64,000 bases of DNA from NCBI GenBank assembly GCA_964016885.1, contig OZ024745.1, forward strand, positions 110,608,001 to 110,672,000. Reading direction: 5' to 3'. Position 1 is the stretch's first letter; the number at the start of each line of letters is the position of its first letter. The notes beneath the pieces are model-generated. The model was not told where the DNA came from and searched no databases. It saw only the letters and a list, made by a program, of their open reading frames with translations. A program made the translations under genes and the position numbers. Source of the stretch: Eledone cirrhosa (taxonomy: Eukaryota). Below are positions 1 through 11,913 of this stretch, piece after piece.

Positions 1-3000
1 ATTCAATAAATATGACATTTCATTCAAATGCTCAGCTATTGGTGAATTCTTTTTTTTAAATTTCAGTTTTCAAAATATTCTTCTATATTGCATCACTACT
101 ATTCTAAAATCTCTTAATGATTGATTCTTTAGAATTCATAAACATGTTTTCATACTTCACATTTAAAGATAAATAAATGAATTTCTTAATAATTCTTATT
201 TTAATCTATACTATGCATATCAATATAGTAATATATTTTAAAATTTCTATATACTAAAGGAATATTAAATTACAAGTGAAAACGATGGTAATAAATTACC
301 TAATAACTTAAACCTACTCACATTAATGACAAATTTTTCAACTCTTCGAAAAATAACAAAAGTAATTATTTAAAATTATTTCTTTTCTCGTGACAGATAT
401 ATCAAATTTTGAACATTATATGTATCAGTTTAAGAAGCAAAATACAAAACAAATTGTCTTGCTATTTATTACTGTGAAATTCTCATTAAAAATAAAAATA
501 AAATATTTATGTCTTTAGGAATATAAAGCAAAATTGTTTTTTGTTTTTTTTAATAAATCCCAAAATATTGATAAACGCACAATTTATTCTTTTCTATCCG
601 TCAACAGCCAGCACATATACCCTAAATCTTTCCAACACACCTTTTTTAGTTGTATATAAATACATAATAACAAGACATAAAAAAGATTACTTTCAAATGT
701 ACTATAAAAAGTGAAATGTGTAACAGAATAGGTGAACCAATGAAACAATATTGTTTCATTGTACAGATATTTTCTACATATTTTCCCACAGGCATTTACT
801 CAATAAATCACAATATTCTTTTAATCCATTAAATAGATAAAGTATCTTTATAAAGACTAATAATTCTGAAGAAAATGAATGCAGGTTTGGGGGGGGGGGG
901 GATTCTTGTTTAATCTAAATCAACAATCTATATCTTTATAAAATTCCATTGCATTAATGGTTTAATTTCTCCTGCATTTCTTTCTTTTTCTATGATAGTA
1001 TATGAGCTGAATGGATATAAAAAATTAGTTATTTGCATATAAATTGAGAAGACAATGCTTTTTTACCAACCCCATTTCAATTATTGGAACCTAAGTTAAA
1101 CACTATTTTCAGCTCCACTATACAAAAGTCAGAAGGAACAATTGCATTATTTGGCAACGTAAGGGTTACAATCAATGATGAATCAGTCTCAAATAATTAG
1201 TCAGAGTGAAGTACTAATATTTTGAGTTAACAAAACTCTCTTCAGGGTGAAAAATTGAAATGTCTTATCTATTCTTTTAATCACTTAGTAATAAGGTTAA
1301 TGCCAAAGACCTTTTTCAAAGCCTCCAAGAGTTGTAGAAGGTAAGGAAGAAGTTATCCACAGACAAGAGACCTGGTCTAAATGATTGTAACTAAGTACAT
1401 ACTGTTAAAGACACCCTATGATCAAGTGGTAGCATTAAACTGGGTGAAATACCAAGTTTACTATCCATGAACAGGCAAAGTACATGAGACAGTCTTCCAT
1501 ACAGTTTCCATCTGCTAAATTCGACAAGGCTATGATCCACCAAAGGCTATGGTAGAAGACACTTGCCCAATGTACTGAACTCAAAACCACATGGTTGAGA
1601 ACCAGATGGTTGAGAAGCAAACATCTTCATACGTCTGTACACAATAGGACATCACTGTACAAATAAGTCTGAAATCTCAGTTTTCACTATTTCAACTCCT
1701 TTATCTCATAGTCATTGTGCTCTAAAATATAAAAAAAACCTATGAACCAACAAGGGAGCCTCTATGTGGTTATTCAACCTGCTAAAAATAGTTAACAAAT
1801 CTCCTTCAAATTGCACTACCATTAAAAAAAATAAGGAAGGAGATACTGGATTTTGTAGTCTTTGATATGCTATGTTTAGAAAATACCTTTGATTATAGAT
1901 CGACTAAATCAGGATTGACCTGGGGCTAAACATCAACAGCATATAGAAACTCCTTAATTATTCTAAAACTAAAATCTGTTCAGATCATTTTTTGTTTGTT
2001 TCTTTGTTTGTTATTCTGCTTTATTTTCATGAAAAGGATAGAAGTGGGAACTATCTCAATACACATTGAAACAAAGAAGTTCACAACCTATATTGTAGCA
2101 GATTCTCATTGCTAATGTGTGGTTCTTAAATGTTTCTAATCAATTCTAGACACTTGGTAGTATATACATAGTATATATACACTACGGACTAACCATAAAA
2201 GTAAACCAATATTTTATTTATGATAATTTAGATACCAACAATATCGATAATGTGTGTATGTAGGCATTTGCACATGTAAAGATAACTATGTGCATGAGTA
2301 TGTACCAATTATAACAACAATAACTGTGTGTGAATGTATGCGCATATGTGAATGTGTATATGTATGTGTGTGTGTGTGAATATTTGAATGTGTATGCATA
2401 TATGTGTATGAATATGTGAATGTGTGTACTTGTATGTGTGTGAGTATGTGAGTGCATGTATAAATGTGTGTGTGTGTGTGTCTGAGTGTCAGATTTAGGG
2501 CATAAGCTAACTTGAAAAACAACACCACATAAAAGTAAGAGAGATCAATAGCAAAGAAAAGCAACAGAATTCAATTTCTTTTTAATCAATAACAGGCAAT
2601 CAAACAGCTGAAAATATGTTTAATTAAAGGATGGCTCTCTCTCCCCCTCTCTCTCTCTCTCTTCATTTGTATTGTCTCTTCAAACTGTTGCCATATCTGT
2701 ATGCTTATATCATTTAACAGCTTTAAAATATCTGTGTGCATGTGTCTGTGTGCACACACATATATGTGTGTGTGTGCACATATGCGTACGAGTAGTTTTT
2801 TTATGTGTGCTTGTATGTATGTATATATGTATGTATGTATATATTGAGAACAGATATATCATTTTCGTAATGTGAATTATATATCTGAACAAGATAAATT
2901 AACTTTAATCAATTCATATAACAATTATCATTGTTGTGATTATATATATAGTCATCATCATCATTATTATAATCAATGTCATCAACGATAACATCATCAT

Positions 3001-3456
3001 CATCATCATAAGCAGCATCATTAAACTTGTCTACATCAATGACATCATCATCAATGTCTTCATTATCTCCAGCATTATCAATACCATCAACACAACAAAC
3101 ATCATCATCATTGTCATCATATTCATTACTAATAAAGTTCCTGTCAAATATATTTAGTGTTGGTCTATTTTTAATGTTATACAGTTATTGTTACTGTAAC
3201 TGATATATTGTTATTTTCTTCTTCACCACTCATCACCATCATCAACATTATCATCATCATCATTCATGTATGAGTGTGATGCATGTAAAATTGATGCCAA
3301 TCTATGTATGTATACATGTATATTTATATCTGTGTATATGTATAGATATGTATATGTGTGTGTGCGTATATATATGTATAGATATGTATATATGTGTGTG
3401 TGTGTATATATATATATATATGTAAATGTGTGTGTGTGTGTGTGTGTGTGTGTATA

Positions 3457-4749
3457 CAGGGTGTGGACGATATTTGTTCGCAATTTTCAACTGCTAATTT
3501 TATGCAAATTTGTTTTACTTCCGTTGTCACTCTTGTCTTCATAAAAACAGTGACTATATTTCCATTATTTATTTTCAGAATAATTGATTATGAATAATTT
3601 TGAACCTCCAAATTTGTGGAAGAGACACAGAGTTCTTCTTGGAATCCGCGCCGAGAGGACAAATAAGGAAATTTCAGACTTTCTCAGCGTCAGCAGGAGA
3701 ATGGGGGAAAAGGTCAAAAAGGAATTGGAAGATTCAGGATTCAAATACGAAACAACATCAGAGAGGAAAACAGATCGACGATCTGACACCTTCAGAACGC
3801 CCGAGTTCGTTGCTGAAGTTCAGGATATCATCAACAATGAACCTAGCAACTCGATGCGTGCCTTTGCAAGGGAGAAAGCCGTGGGTGAAAAGCTCATTAG
3901 GCTGGTGGTACATGAAGACATTCACTAGGTTTCATACAAGATGAGGAAAGGACAATTTCTGTCAAAGGCGATGCAACAAAAGCGACTGAAGCATGCAAAG
4001 AAGCTGATCAACAAGTTGAAACACCCACTGAAGCCAGACATGCTGTGGTTTTTCTCCGACGAGAAAAACTTCTGCCAAGACCAGAAGATCAACTCTCAGA
4101 ACAACAGGTGGCTCGCTGTCTTATCCAAAGACATGCCCAGAGTCATGCAGACAAAGTTTCCAGCGACAACATTGGTCTTAGGTGTCGTTAGCAGTCAAGG
4201 TGACATCATGCCACTTCACTTCTTCCCTGAGGGCCTCAAGCTGAACACCAATGGCTACATCTGCGTTCTGAGGTAGTAAAGCCCTGGATCGACCAAGTAG
4301 CTGCAGGTAGGCCGTACGTGTGGCAGCAAGACTCAGCGCCATGCCATACCAGCCGAAAGACTGGCTGTCAGAGAACTTCATCGACCATACTTCACCTGAC
4401 ACCTGGCCTCCCATATACCCTGACTGCAACCCCCTAGACTTCTTTGTGTGGGGCGCAGTGGAACGAGACACCAACAGATCTAGCTGCAATACGAAAGACA
4501 ATCTGAAGGCCAGGATCACAAGTGCCTTTAGGGGCCTAAGTCAGAGGACAGTGACGAAGGCCTGTAGCCGGTTCCAAGGCTGCTTTGAGGCCGTCATCAA
4601 AGCTGATGGCGGGTTTATCGAGTGAGATCGAAAGAACAAGTCATGAAGACAAACTGACCCAAGTTTGATAAATATATCTTAAAAAATAAAACTACTGTGT
4701 TATTTTTTCCTAGACAGTAATCTTGCGAACGAATATCGTCCGCACCCTG
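3457..4749 (+). mobile_element. Full-length Tc1/mariner DNA transposon, maT (DD37D-type) family
   Basis: TIRs CAGGGTGTGGACGATATTTGTTCGCAA / TTGCGAACGAATATCGTCCGCACCCTG, TA on both sides, about 1.29 kb, encloses transposase fragments. Confidence 0.93.
3590..4625 (+). pseudogene. Disrupted maT-type transposase
   Basis: ORFs 3584-3928, 3941-4276 and 4320-4625 join into an HTH region plus FFSDEKNF, WQQDSAPCHT (about 4321) and WPPIYPDCNPLDFFVWG; two in-frame stops and a frameshift. Confidence 0.92.
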
Positions 4750-4758
4750 TATATATAT

Positions 4759-4952
4759 AACGAAGGAGTTGTGGTAAGGAACCAGATGGACCATAACGCA
4801 CCAGAGTACTCAATACTTAGGGTAGTAGAGTGGGTAATAGGAAAATGTATGACCCCGACGGCAGAGCTCAAGCCATTTCGACGGCTATTTCTGTCCAGAA
4901 ATAGCTGCCGAAATGGCTTGAGCTCTGCCGTCGGGGTCATACATTTTCCTAT
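4759..4952 (-). mobile_element. Fold-back element, probable Penelope-like (PLE) terminal repeat, family A copy 1
   Basis: 57-bp inverted arms 4837-4893/4896-4952 plus about 78-nt unpaired tail, (TA)n on both sides; near-identical to 50651-50886; contains hammerhead 3' half GAAA-stem III-GTC. Confidence 0.7.
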
Positions 4953-4965
4953 ATATATATATTTC

Positions 4966-5140
4966 AGATAGTGTGTGGTAAAATACCAGGTGGACCATAA
5001 CCCACTAAAGTACTCGATTAATGCCGGGATGGAAGTGTGGTATGGGTCGAAGAGTGCTCCACTACAAAAGTAGGAGCTAAAGATCAGATAGCTGTCGAAA
5101 CGGCTGGAGCTCAGCCTTGGGGTTCTGAATCTTTTCATAT
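4966..5140 (-). mobile_element. Diverged family A PLE-like terminal fragment
   Basis: Same tail motif (GTGGTAAAATACCAGGTGGACCATAAC) and inverted GAAACGGCTGGAGCTCAGCC segment, ends in (AT)n. Confidence 0.6.
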
Positions 5141-5394
5141 ATATATATATATATATGTTTTTGTTTTGTAAGGTTTTTGATATGAAATTCTGTGTTGAAA
5201 TAAATATTGTTATATTTGGGGAGGGTCATGTTATAATATTGCCAGAAATATATAATAAAACACACTCATTGTTTGTTTTGAGTTGGTTTTCACTTCCGTA
5301 TATTTTATATCCATATAGTTAATTTAGCAGGCAATCAATATTTATCATTGATTGACCAACAGTTAAAAATATAGATCTAAATATATATATAGTC

Positions 5395-5990
5395 TCTCAG
5401 AGTTCTTTCATCACACACCTGTGACATCATCAGTGGTACTATTATGTTTCCTCCTGTTGCATTGCTGTGATGTTTACTTATTCTATTTTATCTATTTATT
5501 TATTGCTGTCTCTTTTTCTGCATGTGTTTGTGTGCGTGTTTTCGGTTTGGTGTGTATTTGTATTCTGTCTTTGGACACTAGTGTGTGTTTATGTGTGGTT
5601 GTTGTTATTGTATCTGTATATTTATTTATATTTATCTTAGATCACTATTGTGTGTTTAGTGTATGGTTGTTGTTATTCCATTCATGTTTTCTGTTCAACT
5701 TCGGTTTTCTTAGTTCTATTTCAGTACTTCCCTAATTTGTCTACCTGTTGAGTCATTTCTATGTTTAGATATTATTTTAATTCCTATGTTGCCTATATTA
5801 CCATCATGTCTTAGTCTGGCATCTTCTTATAGTCCCAAACCATCTTTTTGTCTTTTTAGTTCATCCCAGTGTTGATCTATTCCCTCCCCTATTCTCCGAG
5901 CTGTCTCTCTTATGTATGTTGTTGCCAGGTTTCTGTAAGAATCCTCTGTACATATGCTATAGACTACAATTTTCCCAATATTTTTTATGT
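5395..5990 (-). mobile_element. Penelope-like element remnant (GIY-YIG endonuclease fragment plus 3' region)
   Basis: Minus ORF 5827-6084 contains VVYSICT...TYIRETARRIGEGIDQH (decayed VY..C..YIGET.R.....H); downstream hammerhead-like CTGATGA-t-GTCACA-ggtg-TGTGAT-GAAA at about 5406-5433; bounded by (TA)n. Confidence 0.65.
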
Positions 5991-5993
5991 TGA

Positions 5994-6029
<36 letters not shown>

Positions 6030-6031
<2 letters not shown>

Positions 6032-6300
6032 CAAAGCATCAATGAGCTCAAAGAAGTATTGTATATAAAAAGAATCAGCTGCAATTTGCAGGAAAGGAGA
6101 CAGTGATGGTATGAACATATGAAGCGTTTGGAGAATGATAGTTACATAAATGAATGCAACGTACTCAAAATCGATAAGACCTATGGAAGAGAAAAACACA
6201 AGAGAACTTGCAGCTGAACCTCATGAAGGAGACGATACAAGCAGTAAGAAACAATCATGAAGCGGATGGTATTGAAGAAGCAAATAGTTAGAACGTTTAA
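6030..6300 (+). mobile_element. Old RTE-clade LINE 3' fragment
   Basis: ELKEVL...LQERRQ*WYEHMKR resembles the RTE C-terminal RL.W.GH..R region; similar to 7770-8145. Confidence 0.5.
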
Positions 6301-6585
6301 GTCCCCACCTGCCATTGTGTTTCTAATTCCCTCGCATACTTCCCCTGTGTTTTAATTTCCTCATCACTATCTAAGTGCCCTCACCTCACTTTCCACATTT
6401 CTCATCTAACCCATGCCAGCATGGAAAGACAGGGTACACTCCCCCTATCCCCAAAATGAAGTGAGAGCTGCTCTCAAGATGCTGAACCTCAGAGGAAATG
6501 CTGAATGGCTACAAGTAGTGGAAATCAGAGCTGGAAAAGATTTCTCTAAACCATGCAAGCATGGGAATGTGGACATAAAAATAAT

Positions 6586-6772
6586 AATTGTTTCTACTTT
6601 AGGCACAAGGCCAGCAATTACCCAGTGCATTACTGGTACTTTATTTTATCGACCCCGTAAGGATGAAAGGCAAAGTCAACCTCGGCGGGATTTGAACTCA
6701 GATCGTAAAGGGACATAACTATGCTGGAAAGCATGGCGTCCGACCCTCTGCCGATACTGCCAATCCACCGCC
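6586..6772 (-). mobile_element. tRNA-derived SINE (main family)
   Basis: A box TGGCAGTATCGG, B box GAGTTCAAATCC, central GCCTTTCATCCTTACGGGGTCGATAAAATAAAGTACCAG, flanking AAAATAATAAT duplication. Confidence 0.9.
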
Positions 6773-6931
6773 TTAAAATAATAATGGTGATGACATACAT
6801 CCATTCATCCATGCATGCAGGGATACAAGCTTCTTATGCATACATTTATACATATCTACATACAAATACACAATTCAGCAAATATTATAATCAACCTCTT
6901 GGTTAATTGGAAACATTGATATAACACATAT

Positions 6932-7070
6932 ATATATGAATGAGTTAGTACCCTGACGGCTGAGCTCTTGCCATTCCAACAACTAGTTGGGATCCTAACT
7001 CATTCATATAACCATACTCTACTGCCCCAAGTACTCTGGTGAGTAATGGTCTAACCAGTTTCTAACTGAA
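6932..7070 (+). mobile_element. Older family A fold-back PLE-like fragment
   Basis: TATATGAATGAGTTAG...CTAACTCATTCATATA inverted pair followed by a tail similar to the family A tail (ACTCTACTGCCCCAAGTACTCTGGTGAGTAATGGTC). Confidence 0.55.
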
Positions 7071-7102
7071 TCCATCCTGATATACATACATACATACATA
7101 CA

Positions 7103-7133
<31 letters not shown>

Positions 7134-7769
7134 CTATATATACAATCCTGCATGTATGTGTATAAGTATTCATGATAATGTGTGTATGTGAGAGAGAGAG
7201 AGGCATGGGGGGGGATATTGAGAGTGAGAGAGACTCTGCTGTGTGTGTATAAATCTGGAAGGGCATAACGTCATAAAAAAATACTACCAAATAAAATATG
7301 AAGTATGGTGATATTTAAAAGACTGCCAACTGTGTTTACAAGGCTATTACATGCCAGCAGAGAGTGATGTAAGATACACATACAAGGCATTAACTAACTG
7401 GTCTTAGATAATGTTAATAGAAAAATAATAGGAAAATGTTACATTGTTACAGAAGGAATAATAAAGATATTACAATGTACACAAAAATACGTATGTTGAG
7501 CACAACTATAAGTATGCTCAATTAGGCCTACCCTAGGGCTAAACAACTACTACTAGTAGTAGTAAAAACTATCTGTAGTAGTAGTAGTAGTAGTAATAGT
7601 AGTAAAAACTACTAGTAGTAGTGTTTGTTTAGCCTGAGGATAGCCCTAATCGAGCATACTTATGACTAAAGGAGTTACAGCTGTGATAATCTCCACTTTT
7701 ATTTTCAAAAATGTTTCTGTGAGTTTGATGTGTCATTTCTTTTTTTAAGACATTAGGGTGTAATTTAAA

Positions 7770-8145
7770 GGAAGAATTGTGTCATGCTTCGTTGGATGTG
7801 CAATGTAAATGTGAGAAAAAGGCAGAGCCTGGATGAACTGAGGGAAAAACTGGGTTTAAGAGGAATCAGACGTAGTCTACAACAGAGAATGGTTCGGACA
7901 TGTGATACACATGGATGATGATCAATGAGTGAAGAAGTGCCAGAAAATCTCAGTTGTAGGAAACTGCAGTAGAGAAAGACCAAGAAAAACCTGGGCAGAG
8001 GTGGTGAGAGCTGATCTTAAATCATTGAGTCTCACAGAGGAAATGATGAAGGAACAGGATGAGTGAAGAGATGCTGTGCTGAATAGGACCCATTTAACCC
8101 ATACAAGCATTGAAAAGTGGACATAAAAACGATGATGATGATGAT
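7770..8145 (+). mobile_element. RTE-clade LINE 3' end
   Basis: MLRWMCNV...ELREKLGLRGI, RPRKTWAEVVRADL motif, (GAT)n tail; paralogue at 14545-15070. Confidence 0.8.
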
Positions 8146-8430
8146 TCAGTTGCTGTTTCTACCAGGTCAAGTGACAACTGTGAGGACTTTTGGGATAATG
8201 TGGTCCCGGATACACGGCATCTAACTAACTTACAATGAGATGGTCGTCTGAGTGGGAATGCTTCATAAGTATCCAGGATCAGGGATAACCTAGAGTTAAA
8301 CAACAACTTAAGAAATAAGATGTTATCCTCTCTAATTGGCATATTATCACCTTCATTAACTTTTACAAATAAAAAATAAAGGCTGTACTAAGAGAGAGGA
8401 AATTACAAAAATATCAACCAAGATACTTAA

Positions 8431-8629
8431 CCCTTTAGCATTTACATCACTCTATATTTACTATTGTATTTTTACATAATTATCTCACATAATATCGAAT
8501 CAATGAGATTTTGATATTTATTTTGAAAACAATAACTTAACATCAGTATGAACAGCTGGGTACAGCCAGTTTGAACAGAAAGAGGTGAGAGAATTCTGGC
8601 CAGATATGGCCAGTTTAAATGCTAAAGGG
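8431..8629. mobile_element. piggyBac-type MITE
   Basis: TTAA on both sides, TIR CCCTTTAGCATTTA / TAAATGCTAAAGGG; other copies at 10879, 20997 and about 63813. Confidence 0.85.
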
Positions 8630-10878
8630 TTAAGTTATAAAAGTAACGTGAAGGAATCATAAAGAACCTTGTGTGTACAGAACAGAGTTTGAATTGCATA
8701 AAATAACAATTCTTACTTGTGTCCTATAAAGTCTGTTTTCCAAATGGAGAGACAGGGATAGAAACACTCAGCCAAGTAGACAAACAGACAGACAAATAGA
8801 CAGAAAGAGAATTACATTGCCAAAGCATGTAACAATTCCCTAATCATCTTCTAGCCTCTACTAACTCAGTCACTGTTATATTAGATTGATTTCAAACAAT
8901 AACTATGTTACCTCGATTAGTGATAAACAACAAGGTTCTGGTGGACTACTAATGGTTCATACCAAAACTTTAGGGCTCCACAAATTTTAGGTTCTATTGT
9001 GTAGCATAATGCAATTAAAATATAGCATAGGTTGGACAATACTTTTTTGAGGCAGTATTCTACAGTATTCTACAACCAGGTGATAACCATTATTTGTTTC
9101 TTAAGTACTGATCTATGCAGAGAAAACTGCCGATCTGTATGACTTCTGTTTATGCAGGACATAAACAAACATTACCACCTGCCCTAATGGTGTCAAATAC
9201 AATACAAACACACATGCACACACAGGGTTTGTACAGTGTCTGTCTACAAAATTCACTGAAGTCACTGGACAACTCGAGAGTAGAATGGAAGAAACAGTTA
9301 TATATAGAACTCAAAACTTCATTGTGGTGAAGTTAACTACACAGCTATTGTCTATTCCTCACAGTCAAGTCTGTATCATCTGGTGAAAACTTCAACAAAC
9401 CTATTTCAACTTGATTTGTTTATAACGAGTCTATTGTTATAGATTATTATTTCTCCATGATGTTTTTTCCCCCCTTAAAATAATGGTTAGTTAGATAATA
9501 GATTTAATATTCAAGTGTGAATCAATACAAGTGTGCTTCAATAAAGATGAAGATGACGTAAAAAAGTTGTAAGACTAACAGTCGGTAAGAAATATTATAA
9601 ACTAAAATAACTGTCTTATATCTATTGAAATATTGTATAATAAAAATGCCAATAGCATCTTAATATTTGAAACATTTAAATAAAAGTAGCAATGCCACCT
9701 CTTTTCTTAAACACAAAACCCTATTGCAGTTTTATTGTAAAATGGAATGTATCATCATTGGACAATTTCTGTTTTGTTTTGTTTTCATAGTTTCTCAATG
9801 TTAATAAATTGTAAAATGGAGGTCTAATATGGAACAAATAAATTGCAGATGAGATGTCCAAGTGTTACGCTGCACAAAAGTGGCTTGAAATATATTCATT
9901 AAAGAATGTTACGGTTTATAAAGAAACAGTTCACGTCTTTCACATGGTGAATGAAGCTTAATTTTAGCAACTTGTAATAATTCTATCTCATAAATAATGA
10001 GTTACTTTTCAAGAATAAAAGTACTTTCAGTTACACCCAGTGTAATTGATATGTCCCTTTTACAATTATATTCAATGTAATTGTTATCTTTGTGAAACAT
10101 CTCACAAGAAAAGAAAAAAAAACAATCTTTAGAAATATATTTTTATGAAGAGTGTTGACCAGTTGGACAAAACTGCAGCAATATATTGCTGAACAACCAA
10201 AAATTTAAGCAAAACTATTAAATTTTCATTACAGAATCTTGAACAATCATCCATATATTTTTAGATATAAGCTTACATATTTATTTTTGTGAATGAAAAT
10301 TTGAACATTAGATTCACACATGTATACACCACACACAAACATGTATACATACAAATTCATTAGTTTTATGTTGTCCATAGTTTGATCAAGTTTGTAAAAT
10401 AGCAGTCTTCCACATATCTCAACCAGCACTAATGCATTTGTAACCCTCAACCTGTTTGATACTACCATTTCCAAAATTGCCTCTATTTCTGAGAAATAAA
10501 ACCACATTTTAAAGGGCTCATACCTTCCAACATAATTTTATGAGAACATTTTATTACAAATGCCATCTTAATGAAAACATAGTTTTAGTAGATCCTTTCC
10601 AAATTCTTCATTAATTAAAATGTAAAGTATTACATTAGAAATATGGTAACAGAAGGGTTAAAAGATATTGATGCACTTATGTGTTTCCCACAGCTTTTAC
10701 GTTTTTCTTTTTTTCTTTTAGGTATTTTTACACTTTACAGCCAAACTCATATATTTCATTATTTTAAAAAGCTTTCTTCAGAAGACATAAATTATCTAGA
10801 TTTCTTAATTCTGCAACTAAAATGTTGTGTCACAATTATGTGTGGTCATTTGACTTGCTAGAAATAATAGTACAATCT

Positions 10879-11298
10879 CCCTTTAACATTTACATTACTC
10901 TATATTTACTATTATATTTTTATGGTAAATGGGCAGTGGATTGGCAGTATTGGTAGAGGGTTAGGCGCCATGCTTTGAAGCATATAGTTACCTCCCTTTA
11001 TGATCTGAGTTCAAATCCCGCCGAGGTTAACTTTGCCTTTCATCCTTACGGGGTCGATAAAATAAAGTACAGTAATGTACTGGGTAATTGCTGGCCTTGT
11101 GCCTAAAATAGAAACAATTATATTTTTATGGTAAATGCTTTATTTCACATAATTATCTCACATAATATTGAATCTATGAGATTTTGATATTATTTATTAT
11201 TTATTTTAACATCAGTATGAGTGACCGGTTACAGCCAGTTTGAACAGAAAGCGATGAAGGAATTCTGGCCAGATATGGGCTATTTAAATGCTAAATGG
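10879..11298. mobile_element. piggyBac-type MITE interrupted by a SINE
   Basis: Same sequence as 8431-8629 with a SINE inserted; 21-bp duplication ATTATATTTTTATGGTAAATG at 10911-10931 and 11117-11137. Confidence 0.8.
10932..11116 (+). mobile_element. tRNA-derived SINE (main family)
   Basis: Full-length match to the family, 21-bp TSD. Confidence 0.9.
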
Positions 11299-11737
11299 TT
11301 AAAGCTAAATGATTACAGGATATTAAGAGCTGACATACAATCCAACGTGGTCCACTTTTCCAGAGTGATTACTCTATATTTACAGTATGTGTGGACAGCA
11401 TTAGGTCCCAGGTACAATCCTACTGCATGACATCGTGGGCAAGGGTCATTTACCAAGACTCATCAATAAAATTAGGTAGACAAAAACAGTTTATAAGCTC
11501 ATCAGATGAACTAAGCCTGTAATTCAAAGGGCCAGATGACTTTCCTTGAATATTATATTAAGGATACACATGACTGTGGTATGTTCAGCCACTTGTACCT
11601 TAATTTTCCAAGCAGACTATCCTATTGATTGTACAACTGAAACACACTTTATCAAAATGTTGAAACCAATGGAGGTCCATTCCATTGTGATGTGCATGTC
11701 TGTGTTTGTCGTGAAAGTGTGTGTGTGTTAATATAAT

Positions 11738-11913
11738 TGTTTCTACTTTAGGCACAAGGCCAGCCATTACCCAGTGCATTACTGGTACTTTATTTTATCG
11801 ACCCCGTAAGGATGAAAGGCAAAGTCAACCTCGGCGGGATTTGAACTCGGATCGTAAAGGGACGTAACTATGCTGGAAAGCATGGCGTCCGACCCTCTAC
11901 CGATACTGCCAAT
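11738..11913 (-). mobile_element. tRNA-derived SINE (main family)
   Basis: Near-identical to 6586-6772; TSD TGTGTGTTAATATAAT. Confidence 0.9.

Noticed and set aside
2218-3597. His/Thr/Tyr/Ile- or Val/Cys-rich ORFs
   Set aside because: Translations of (CA)n, (TA)n and (CAT)n microsatellites; the same applies near 15723, 26299, 30559, 47749 and 51086
10247-10507. Minus-strand ORF with an acceptor-like TTTTATTTCTCAG as a host exon
   Set aside because: No recognisable protein motif or clear donor; compatible with chance
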